DNA of 57,945 nt, taken from contig CAZGVK010000093.1 in the NCBI GenBank assembly GCA_964529095.1, positions 1 through 57,945 of the forward strand, in the 5' to 3' direction. Under the pieces are notes generated by a model. It saw only the letters and a list, made by a program, of their open reading frames with translations. It had not been told where the DNA came from and did not search any database. Positions 27,875 to 34,928 of this stretch are shown here, piece after piece. Positions within the stretch are counted from its first letter, which is position 1. Each line of letters starts with the position of its first letter. The position numbers and the translations under genes are program-made. Source of the stretch: an uncultured Elusimicrobia bacterium. Its GTDB lineage: Bacteria > Elusimicrobiota > Elusimicrobia > UBA1565 > UBA9628.

Positions 27875-29221
27875 GTGTATGATCTCGTGATTGTCGGCGC
27901 GGGCGTCACCGGCGCGGGCATCGCCCGCGATGCTGCTCTTCGGGGACTGCGCGTTATTCTTGTGGAGCGGGGCAAGCCCGGCGGCGGCACGACTGCGGCC
28001 TCCACGCACCTCATCCACGGAGGCGTGCGCTACTTGCTCTATGATCGTCTTACCACGCATTCATCGTGTTTAGATTCGGGCCATATCGTGCGCACCGCAG
28101 GAGGCCTTCTCACGCGCCTGCCCATCCTCTGGCCGATCTATAAAGGACACGCGCGCGGTCTCGAAATCGTGGAGACCTTATTCGAGCAGTATGATCGCTT
28201 TCAGGCGATGAAGTACGGCCGCCCGCATCTGCGCCTGAGCGCTTCCGCAACCCTGCGCGTCGTGCCGGGCCTCTCGCCCAAGGGCTTACTCGGGGCGTTG
28301 GTGTTCGACGAGTGGTGGGTGGACGCGGAAAATTTAGCGCGCCGCACGCTTGATTCAGCGCGCGCGGCCGGCGCTGAGGCGCTGCTTGAAACTCCGGTGA
28401 CATCCGTGCTGAAAGACGGCGCGCGCGTGATTGGCGTTCGCGCCGGCGACCGAGAGTTGCGGGGCAGGATCACGGTCAATGCCGCCGGCCCCTGGATCGA
28501 CAAGGTATCAACACTCGCCGGCGTAAGCCTGCCTCTGCGTCTCATGAAGGGAACGCACCTGATCTATCATGAAAAAAAGCTGACGACGGTCGGGCTTCTT
28601 TTAGAGGCAGAGGACCGGACCCGCTACGTCTTCGTCGTGCCCTCTCCTCTGGGCACCTGGGTCGGCCCCACCGACATCCCCGGACCTCTTGACCCCGATC
28701 AGACGCGCACGACCGATGTGGAGATTGGTTATTTAACGCGGTCGGTCAAACGCTATTTCCCCAACTGGCCGGAACGCCACGACGCCACTATCGTAGGCAC
28801 GCGCCCAATCCTAGGCCAGCCTGGCGCAGAAAAGCTCTTGTCGCGCGATTTCGAGGTCTTTGATCACCAGGTGCGCGACGGGGTCGCGGGCTTTCTCACG
28901 ATCGGCGGCGGCAAGATGTCGGACTACCGCGCGATGGCCGAGGCCACGGTGGACGTTGCCTGTCGAATGCTCGGCACAGGCGGCCCCTGCCGAACCCATT
29001 TAGAAACATTGGATGGCAAGCCCGTTGGCGCCATTGCCGATTGGCCGCCGCCCTCGCCGGAGCTGAAGAAATTTTTGCGCGCCAAACCGCTTCTGCGCGA
29101 ACTTCACGCGCTGTCTTATCTCGGCGCGGGCCTAATCTCCCACCTCTTCCGGCGCGCGACGGGCCTTTCCGGGATCAGCGATGAGAAGGAGTTCCACCGC
29201 CGCTACGCGGATGCTCATTGA
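27875..29221 (+). CDS. FAD-dependent glycerol-3-phosphate dehydrogenase-like oxidoreductase
   Basis: 448 aa with a GTG start. DLVIVGAGVTGAGIARDAALRG FAD fold, then HGGVRYL. Confidence 0.8.
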   Translation: MYDLVIVGAGVTGAGIARDAALRGLRVILVERGKPGGGTTAASTHLIHGGVRYLLYDRLTTHSSCLDSGHIVRTAGGLLTRLPILWPIYKGHARGLEIVETLFEQYDRFQAMKYGRPHLRLSASATLRVVPGLSPKGLLGALVFDEWWVDAENLARRTLDSARAAGAEALLETPVTSVLKDGARVIGVRAGDRELRGRITVNAAGPWIDKVSTLAGVSLPLRLMKGTHLIYHEKKLTTVGLLLEAEDRTRYVFVVPSPLGTWVGPTDIPGPLDPDQTRTTDVEIGYLTRSVKRYFPNWPERHDATIVGTRPILGQPGAEKLLSRDFEVFDHQVRDGVAGFLTIGGGKMSDYRAMAEATVDVACRMLGTGGPCRTHLETLDGKPVGAIADWPPPSPELKKFLRAKPLLRELHALSYLGAGLISHLFRRATGLSGISDEKEFHRRYADAH

Positions 29222-29481
29222 ACAAAACAGCAAGACCAGACGGCGTCCTGTACTGGAATGAAAGGAGAGAGGAAGCAGTCGCTTCATGAAATTCAGAACG
29301 TTTGTGTTCTTCCGGCAGGTGCGCGTGAGCAGACTTTCAGCCATGGGTGAGAATGTCGCGAAATTCCTTGCGCAGGGGGTAGCGGTCAAGGCGGGAGCCG
29401 ATATTATCGCCTCCTAATGGCTCGTGCGTCGTTCTCCGCCCGCCGGGCGCGGAATTTTATTTTTTTAGGATATAAATTGAG

Positions 29482-30630
29482 TTATTTGTTTGCGCTCAAT
29501 TCGGCCGCCTCGACAAGCTTGGACAAGCGCGCGAAAACGACATCCTCGTCATGCGCGTGCGCCTTGACGATGCGCGCGCGGCGCGCATCGTCAGAGTCCA
29601 TGGACCCGGCCGCGGCGATCCACTCGGCGGGCGTGCGGCAGATCGTCAGGAGCGAAGACAATCCCGAAAGCGCAGGCAAGGGGCTGGCCAATACCAGACG
29701 GCCCGTCGCCAAGCATTCGTAGGTCTTGGCCGGTATGACGCCGCGATTATACGCATCGTCAACATACGGCAGAAGCAAGGCGTCCATTCCAGAGAGCAAG
29801 GCCGGCAAGTCTTCGTGGGGGCAAGGGCCGCGCAATGCGACTGACGGAGGCAACGGCGGCGGCGGTTCCTTAATCGGGCCGATGAGTTCAACCTCAAAAC
29901 CGGCCTCCGCCAGCGCTCGTATGGGCGCGTAGTCAATCGCCCGCCATAAAGTCCCGAAGTAGCAAAGACGCCGCCGTCGTCGGCTCGGCGGCGGGGGAAT
30001 AAAGAACGCGGGGCTTACGCCATGATGCAGTTCAAAGACGTTATGATGCAGCGGCTTCTTCTCTTCGTACAGCGTATGCGAGGTCGTCAGCACGAGACCG
30101 GCGCGCGCCATCAGCGCGGCCTCGGTCTGAGCCAGATCCGGGGGCGAGGAAAGCAGGCCGTAGAAATTGTCTACGCAGTCATAGACGACAAGCGCCGGCT
30201 TAAGCTGGTCAAGCATATCCAGAGTCGTCGACGTTGGAAGATAGGCGAAGACCACGGGGTTCTGCCGCATGCCGCGATTATAAAGGATGCTGACGAGGCG
30301 TGGCGCCAGCAGGGACGCGTTGGCCTTGCGAAACAGCCGGCGCGTGGGCGGCAGAACGAGCGGGCTGACGACGACAATCCCCTGAGGCGCGCGTACGCGG
30401 CGAGAATGTTCGCCGCGCAGACTGCGGAGGAGGCGGCGCCAGATGCGCCCCATCTCGCTTAGACGCGGCTCGCGAAAGCCGGTGTTCTCGACAAAAAAGA
30501 CGCGATGCCCGGCGCGCGCCCACTGCGCGGCGAAAGCGTGATGGCGCTGCCGGGCCGCATCCCAATCAACGCTTGAAAGAATGACGACGTCGCCGCGCTG
30601 ATCGCTCACAGGACGCTTATGATACAGCAA
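29482..30630 (-). CDS. Glycosyltransferase (GT1/TuaH-like), last gene of the polysaccharide operon
   Basis: 382 aa with a TTG start at 30630. Its 5' end lies inside direct-repeat copy 1. GT-B-like C-terminal half. Confidence 0.75.
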   Translation of the reverse strand: MLYHKRPVSDQRGDVVILSSVDWDAARQRHHAFAAQWARAGHRVFFVENTGFREPRLSEMGRIWRRLLRSLRGEHSRRVRAPQGIVVVSPLVLPPTRRLFRKANASLLAPRLVSILYNRGMRQNPVVFAYLPTSTTLDMLDQLKPALVVYDCVDNFYGLLSSPPDLAQTEAALMARAGLVLTTSHTLYEEKKPLHHNVFELHHGVSPAFFIPPPPSRRRRRLCYFGTLWRAIDYAPIRALAEAGFEVELIGPIKEPPPPLPPSVALRGPCPHEDLPALLSGMDALLLPYVDDAYNRGVIPAKTYECLATGRLVLASPLPALSGLSSLLTICRTPAEWIAAAGSMDSDDARRARIVKAHAHDEDVVFARLSKLVEAAELSANK

Positions 30631-30661
30631 AAATCGGCGTTGGCGTCCGAAACCTCAGCCG
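30591..30661. repeat. 71-bp direct repeat, copy 1 (left boundary of the insert)
   Basis: Identical to 33114..33184 except C30653 versus T33176. It contains the glycosyltransferase start and the upstream junction sequence. Confidence 0.95.
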
Positions 30662-30996
30662 ACCGGGCTGGGACCGACCCCTTGATTAATCCCAGGAGAG
30701 GGTCTATCCTGGGCCCGCGAGGGCGGCTGCGGCGGAAAGCGGGCTGATTTTGCCTAGCTTGTACCGGACGTAGATCGGGTTGGGGGTATGCGGCTCCGGT
30801 CAACTTTGTCAAAAATACTGTAGTTGCGCAGTCACTGATAGCGTTCATGGGGTAGCTGGAATAGAACGACGATGGATCATGCGGTCGGTAAATATGGCCG
30901 ACTTCTGGAAGGTAAGAAACCTCATGAACGTTCGCGTCTATTGAGGAGTTTGTTCAGTCAATCCAAAGCGAGGGTCTCGATTTCGAGTACGTCCCT

Positions 30997-31191
30997 ATGG
31001 GCAGCGGCACGACGCGCAAGGATTCCCTGGTCGTTGAAGTGGACACGCAGAACAAGGAAAAGGACCTCGACAAGCTCGATATCCCGCTGCCGAGAATCAC
31101 CCGCCGTTTTCACCGGGACTTCAAGGATCTCGACGCGCTCGACCCCATTTCGCTAAGTCCTTTGCGCGCGAGCGCATTCCTCGGTGCATGA
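30997..31191 (+). CDS. Orphan ORF or gene fragment inside the insert
   Basis: The open frame actually extends back to about 30928 (..IEEFVQSIQSEGLDFEYVPMGSGTT..), and a neighbouring frame continues upstream, suggesting a frameshifted remnant. It vaguely recalls helicase/restriction-subunit C-termini, but I cannot verify that. Confidence 0.25.
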   Translation: MGSGTTRKDSLVVEVDTQNKEKDLDKLDIPLPRITRRFHRDFKDLDALDPISLSPLRASAFLGA

Positions 31192-31227
31192 ACCAGTTCA
31201 GAATAGTCATATTTCGTTGCTTGTGAG

Positions 31228-31305
31228 GTCTAACGCCGAGGATGAACCGCGGGCGCTCTAAGGCCTTCATCATGAGCGCCCGGCGGCTCTATCCGATGGT
31301 TAGCC
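31228..31305 (-). repeat. attC-like recombination site 1
   Basis: Imperfect palindrome with GTCTAAC ... GTTAGCC ends, an unpaired spacer next to the end boxes, and a GC-rich inner stem (CCGC/GGGCGCTC). Two single-base bulges (G and T) both sit on the plus-strand 3' arm. It abuts the RelE/ParE-like stop at 31307. Confidence 0.6.
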
Positions 31306-31306
31306 C

Positions 31307-31582
31307 CTATAAATAGTGCTTCAAAAATTGCCGGACCTCGTTGTGATTGCCGACGAATAGGAATGTCACGGTCTGTTTATCCCACTGGAACAAGATGCGA
31401 GTGGCCAGGTCTATCCGAAATTCCCAGACCGATCCACCCATTTTTTTTATTCCAAAACCAACCGGAAGATTTCTTGCATCAAAGGCACGGACGAGTGCAT
31501 CAATATTCCTCTGAATTTCCATGCGTTCCGCCGGATGGCGGCGCCTAAGGATTCTTTCGAATCCTCCGCCGAGAAGGTACAT
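31307..31582 (-). CDS. RelE/ParE-superfamily type II toxin
   Basis: 91 aa, ATG at 31582. The pattern is GGSVWEFRIDLATRILFQWDKQTVTFLFVGNHNEV. It lies directly downstream of an RHH antitoxin gene. Confidence 0.75.
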   Translation of the reverse strand: MYLLGGGFERILRRRHPAERMEIQRNIDALVRAFDARNLPVGFGIKKMGGSVWEFRIDLATRILFQWDKQTVTFLFVGNHNEVRQFLKHYL

Positions 31583-31585
31583 CAA

Positions 31586-31819
31586 TCAAAGGCTCCAGAG
31601 ATGCTTAAGAAATGCTGCGGAGTTCTTAAATTTCCTGGTCCCCTTGCCTCGCTTCGCATCGGTCGCCATTCGCTTGATCTCACCATCCGCGAACCGTGAG
31701 GTATAGGAACTGTCGATGGCCTCTCTAACGAGCTGGGAATAGCTCTTCCCGGATTCAGCTGCCTCCCGGCGAAGGGCCAAAACCTCTTTCTTTTCTAGGA
31801 GAATCTGGACTCTAATCAT
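31586..31819 (-). CDS. Ribbon-helix-helix (CopG-like) antitoxin
   Basis: 77 aa. The N-terminal IRVQILLEKKEVLALRREAAESGKSYSQLVREAI is a typical RHH fold sequence. Confidence 0.75.
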   Translation of the reverse strand: MIRVQILLEKKEVLALRREAAESGKSYSQLVREAIDSSYTSRFADGEIKRMATDAKRGKGTRKFKNSAAFLKHLWSL

Positions 31820-31836
31820 ATTATACCCCTATATTG

Positions 31837-31865
31837 TGTATAACATGTGTAATTGCTCGTGTCAA
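31837..31865 (-). promoter_or_regulatory. Sigma70-like promoter for the RHH/RelE pair
   Basis: Minus strand reads TTGACA, 17 nt, TATACA. A TATAAT also lies just before the antitoxin ATG. Confidence 0.5.
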
Positions 31866-31869
31866 GAGG

Positions 31870-32031
31870 CTAATTTGCGGTGATTAGCCAGGCGAGCAGA
31901 AAGCCACTTAACTGATGCCAGCCCGTGAATGTAAATTTTAAAACCCTACTGCTAAGCACATATGTAATTGGGAAAAGAACGACCACACATGGCAGCGTGA
32001 AAGCAGCGATTAGGGAGAGAAAATAAGACAT
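31870..32031 (-). CDS. Small two-helix membrane protein (53 aa)
   Basis: Internal ATG preceded by AAGGAGGAA. MSYFLSLIAAFTLPCVVVLFPITYVL...LSGFLLAWLITAN gives two hydrophobic helices. It is in the same attC-delimited unit as the RHH/RelE pair. Confidence 0.4.
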   Translation of the reverse strand: MSYFLSLIAAFTLPCVVVLFPITYVLSSRVLKFTFTGWHQLSGFLLAWLITAN

Positions 32032-32069
32032 CTGCCGTTCCTCCTTGTCCGAAATATCATCGCAAATGC

Positions 32070-32112
32070 GCCTAACGCAGAGGCTGACCAGCGGCGGCTT
32101 CAATGGTTCGGC
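32070..32112 (-). repeat. Short or degenerate attC-like site 3
   Basis: GCCTAAC ... GTTCGGC ends share the AACGC.GAGG and ATGGTT flanks seen in the other two sites. At only 43 bp with a weak stem, it is below normal attC length. It abuts the BrnA stop. Confidence 0.35.
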
Positions 32113-32122
32113 CCGGGGGTGC

Positions 32123-32341
32123 CTATGCCGCCCATTTCAGTGCGAGCTTCTTGTGATGCGCTGCACAATCGCGCAGGTACAGGTTAATCAAGTTCTGATA
32201 TGGCATCCCAACCTCAGATGCCAGCTCTTTGAAATACAAAACAGTCGCCTTATCCAGCCGAATGGTAATGGGCTGCTTTAGGCGAGAGATGTACGGGTTC
32301 TTTACGCCCTTCATCTTTGAAAAATCATAGTGCGTTCTCAT
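32123..32341 (-). CDS. brnA: BrnA-family antitoxin
   Basis: 72 aa from MRTHYDFSKMKGVKNPY, with an RHH-like C-terminal part. GGGAGG lies in the end of the upstream toxin gene. Confidence 0.8.
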   Translation of the reverse strand: MRTHYDFSKMKGVKNPYISRLKQPITIRLDKATVLYFKELASEVGMPYQNLINLYLRDCAAHHKKLALKWAA

Positions 32342-32346
32342 ATGGG

Positions 32347-32631
32347 TTACCTCCCGTAATCCTTCGACTCGCTCTTGCTCGCCTTCCTTGCGGAAATGAT
32401 GCGGATCACTGCATCGCCGTCTCTGAAGCAGTGGCATACAACGAGAACTTTCAGTTTGACGCTCATACCCAGAAGAATGAAGCGATCTTCGTCACCTGAA
32501 TCGTCAGGATCGATAAAACGAAAAGCCTTTTCATCAAAGAACGCGGTCTGGGCTTCCGCAAAAGCAACTCCGTGCTTTCGGATGTTCTCCTTATCCTTGG
32601 CTTTGTCCCATCCGAAGCGCAACTCACTCAT
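32347..32631 (-). CDS. brnT: BrnT-family (DUF497) toxin
   Basis: 94 aa. FGWDKAKDKENIRKHGVAFAEA...RIISARKAS is the typical BrnT pattern, and the toxin-first gene order is as in BrnTA. Confidence 0.85.
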   Translation of the reverse strand: MSELRFGWDKAKDKENIRKHGVAFAEAQTAFFDEKAFRFIDPDDSGDEDRFILLGMSVKLKVLVVCHCFRDGDAVIRIISARKASKSESKDYGR

Positions 32632-32637
32632 ACATAC

Positions 32638-32666
32638 AGTGTATGCACAGAAGTGAGAAAAGTCAA
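32638..32666 (-). promoter_or_regulatory. Sigma70-like promoter for brnTA
   Basis: Minus strand reads TTGACT, 17 nt, TACACT, ending 6 nt before the brnT ATG. Confidence 0.5.
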
Positions 32667-32702
32667 TCCCAATGCTGTTTCCGGGTTGTTTCTGGTTAGT
32701 GG

Positions 32703-32775
32703 GCCGAACGCTGAGGATCTCCAGCGCCCGCTATAAGGCCGTTCGGCGGGCGTCTGGAGAATCCCATGGTTAGAC
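32703..32775 (-). repeat. attC-like recombination site 2
   Basis: GCCGAAC ... GTTAGAC ends with a long inner stem (CTCCAG/CGCCCGC). Two single-base bulges again sit on the plus-strand 3' arm. The flank sequence is shared with site 1 (AACGCYGAGGAT ... ATGGTTAG). Confidence 0.55.
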
Positions 32776-32845
32776 CGCCGTTTTTACTCACCAGCGCCGA
32801 TGCATCAATTAAGTAGTGTCGAGGCACGTACTACTTCAGCGCTTC

Positions 32846-32986
32846 CTACAGCTCGCGAAATGTGACAGGCCTATCGCTTAGAGGAGGCAGGGAGTCAATG
32901 CGCTTGAAAATTTCTTTCACCTTGCGGCTCAGATTCTTCCAGCCTTTCTCACCATGCTCTTTTTTATAGATTTCCTGATGAGTCAT
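32846..32986 (-). CDS. Hypothetical 46-aa ORF in the first cassette-like unit
   Basis: It is below the track's apparent length cutoff (shortest listed ORF is 60 aa), so it is not listed there. The ATG is preceded by AAGAGGAGG. Sequence MTHQEIYKKEHGEKGWKNLSRKVKEIFKRIDSLPPLSDRPVTFREL. Confidence 0.3.
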   Translation of the reverse strand: MTHQEIYKKEHGEKGWKNLSRKVKEIFKRIDSLPPLSDRPVTFREL

Positions 32987-33113
32987 CGCGCCTCCTCTTG
33001 AAGTATGGGGTATTTTATAAAAAATTCAAGACCTGTTTCCCATCGAATGCGAGTTTATCCACATCGAGCCAACCGCGCCATGAAGCGCTCAAAAACGTCT
33101 TCGGGAACCTCGA

Positions 33114-33184
33114 CGCCGCGCTGATCGCTCACAGGACGCTTATGATACAGCAAAAATCGGCGTTGGCGTCCGAAATCTCAGCCG
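33114..33184. repeat. 71-bp direct repeat, copy 2 (right boundary of the insert)
   Basis: See copy 1. This copy holds the deacetylase stop codon (33178-33180) and a decoy glycosyltransferase start that runs into a 32-codon chimeric ORF. Confidence 0.95.
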
Positions 33185-33942
33185 TCGCGCAACAACGGGT
33201 CTGCTTGCCGCCAGGAAAACCAGTCCCAGGTTCCAGAGGCCTTGCCGATGAAGTCCCGCTCGTCATCGAAGCCCGTGATCTCGACGCGCTTGAGCAGCAG
33301 AGGCGCGCGGCCTGCTTGATTGATGCCGTAGAGCGAGCAGGCCGCGCGTGTAAAGCCGGCGGCACTAGCCGCAGCCTGCGTTCGCCGCGAGGCGGCACCG
33401 TGCGGCCAGGTCATCACCGTCACGCTTCGGCGGAGGGCTTTTTCCAGGCATTGCCGCGACTCGATAAGTTCATGGGCTAGATCCATGTCGCCGAGCGCGT
33501 CCAGGCGCCGATGCGTGAGGCCGTGTGCGCCGATCTCGCAGCCCGGCATGCGGGAGAGTTCCGTCAATTGCGGCCAGGAGAGGTGAGGATGCCCGGAGTC
33601 AAGCAGCCCGGGCGTAACACAGACGGTAAACGGCAAAGACAGTCGCGCGAGAATCGGGGCCGCTGTCATCAGCGTATCGAGATAACCATCGTCGAATGTG
33701 ATGCTGATTTCAGCGCCGCCGTCGATCTTAGCGTCGCCTATGTTGACAGGGCGTCCGAAGCGTTCCGAGCGGATCAGCTCCATCTGGCGCGCGAAGATGT
33801 TTGGCTGAGAGCTCAGTCCGTAACGATCACCGGGGATGTCGGTGCCGACGGCGTGATAGCCCAAGATGCGCAAACCCGTCGAGCGTGAGGCGCGCCCGGC
33901 GACGCGGGCGATCGTCCGCCAGAGCGAATGCTTCCAGCTCAC
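33178..33942 (-). CDS. Polysaccharide deacetylase (NodB homology domain)
   Basis: ISITFDDGY and GAHGLTHRRL motifs. Start placed at the GTG that overlaps the upstream TGA (GTGA), not at the track ATG 34017. Confidence 0.8.
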   Translation of the reverse strand: MSWKHSLWRTIARVAGRASRSTGLRILGYHAVGTDIPGDRYGLSSQPNIFARQMELIRSERFGRPVNIGDAKIDGGAEISITFDDGYLDTLMTAAPILARLSLPFTVCVTPGLLDSGHPHLSWPQLTELSRMPGCEIGAHGLTHRRLDALGDMDLAHELIESRQCLEKALRRSVTVMTWPHGAASRRTQAAASAAGFTRAACSLYGINQAGRAPLLLKRVEITGFDDERDFIGKASGTWDWFSWRQADPLLRDG

Positions 33943-34928
33943 GCGGCCTTCCCCAGCTTCCAGGCGATGAGCGCTCCCGCAGGGCGGCGCAAAAGAGCCG
34001 GAGCGGAGAAGTCCCACTCGCCGAGAGTCGTGATGAGGCGCGCATTGATGCCCTTTTTAAAGTCAGCCACGCCGGGCGTTGCCAGAGGGTCCGCGCCGCC
34101 GAGGTCGTAGGTCCGAGCGCCGAGATGTCGGGCTTCAAGCACGAGAGACCAGAGCAGAGCATAGGAGGCGTAAACCTTGCGCGCTTCCATATTCGCGGCC
34201 GCGAGGAGATCGACGGCTGAGCCCGCGAACACGGCGCAGCCGCGCAAAGCGACCGTGCGGCCGTTGACGACGGCGCGACGCAAGACCAACGATCCTCCGA
34301 GGGCGCGCACAAGCGATCCTAATTCCTTGGCGCGATGCTGGGGAGGAAGGCCCTTGAGCGATTCAAGAGAGCGATAGAGGCTTTCCATCTCGAGCGGGTC
34401 GGGGTCGGGCCATGGTGCCACCTCGGCGCGCGCGAGGCCTCTCTTGAGATTATGGCGCCAGTTGGACGAGAGGCGTTCTCTCAAGACAGCGGGGTCAGGA
34501 GTCAGTTCGAGGAGATACGTCTTATTGCAATCGAGCGGCGTTTGAGGACGCAGCCAGCCTTCGGCGCGCAGAGCGTCGGTTTCAAGAGGGTCGGACTCGC
34601 GATAGGAGCAAATGCGCCCATAGGCCAGAAGGCCTCCGGCCGCGGACAGCAAAGCCTTGCGCAGTTCCAAGTTGCAGAGAGAAATTTCGCCAACCGGCCC
34701 GCCGCGCGACCAGAGCAAGCGCGCACCTCCGGGGATATCCTTGACCAGCGCTTGGATTGCCGCTTGCGGCGCTCCGTCGTTTCCAGCCAGCGCGCGCACC
34801 GCCTGCCAGCCGGCGTCCGCTTTATGCCGCGCCCACGCCGAAGATTGGAAGGCGTTGGCGCCGGGCAATGCGGCCAGCGTTTTGTCCCAGTCCGCATCCG
34901 CTATTTTTATCGTGCGCCAGTTCACCAT
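33939..34928 (-). CDS. FemAB-family (GNAT-fold) acyl/aminoacyl transferase-like protein
   Basis: Start at MVNWRTIKI (ATG 34928, overlapping the upstream stop). AFQSSAWARHKADAGW and the overall FemAB-like layout. Confidence 0.7.
   Translation of the reverse strand: MVNWRTIKIADADWDKTLAALPGANAFQSSAWARHKADAGWQAVRALAGNDGAPQAAIQALVKDIPGGARLLWSRGGPVGEISLCNLELRKALLSAAGGLLAYGRICSYRESDPLETDALRAEGWLRPQTPLDCNKTYLLELTPDPAVLRERLSSNWRHNLKRGLARAEVAPWPDPDPLEMESLYRSLESLKGLPPQHRAKELGSLVRALGGSLVLRRAVVNGRTVALRGCAVFAGSAVDLLAAANMEARKVYASYALLWSLVLEARHLGARTYDLGGADPLATPGVADFKKGINARLITTLGEWDFSAPALLRRPAGALIAWKLGKAA

Noticed and set aside
30740-30880. Possible tmRNA or other structured RNA at the left end of the insert (GCGGGCUGAUUUUGCC..., and a short frame ending ..AQSLIAFMG-stop).
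   Set aside because: It lacks the conserved tmRNA 5' UUCGAC region, a tRNA-like 3' end, and an Ala-rich tag. The resemblance is limited to a few bases.
33129-33398. The 89-aa and 80-aa minus-strand ORFs (33129..33398 and 30606..30848) that share the ending SDANADFCCIISVL.
   Set aside because: The shared ending only reflects the 71-bp direct repeat read in a non-genic frame. The upstream parts overlap the deacetylase gene or are low-complexity.
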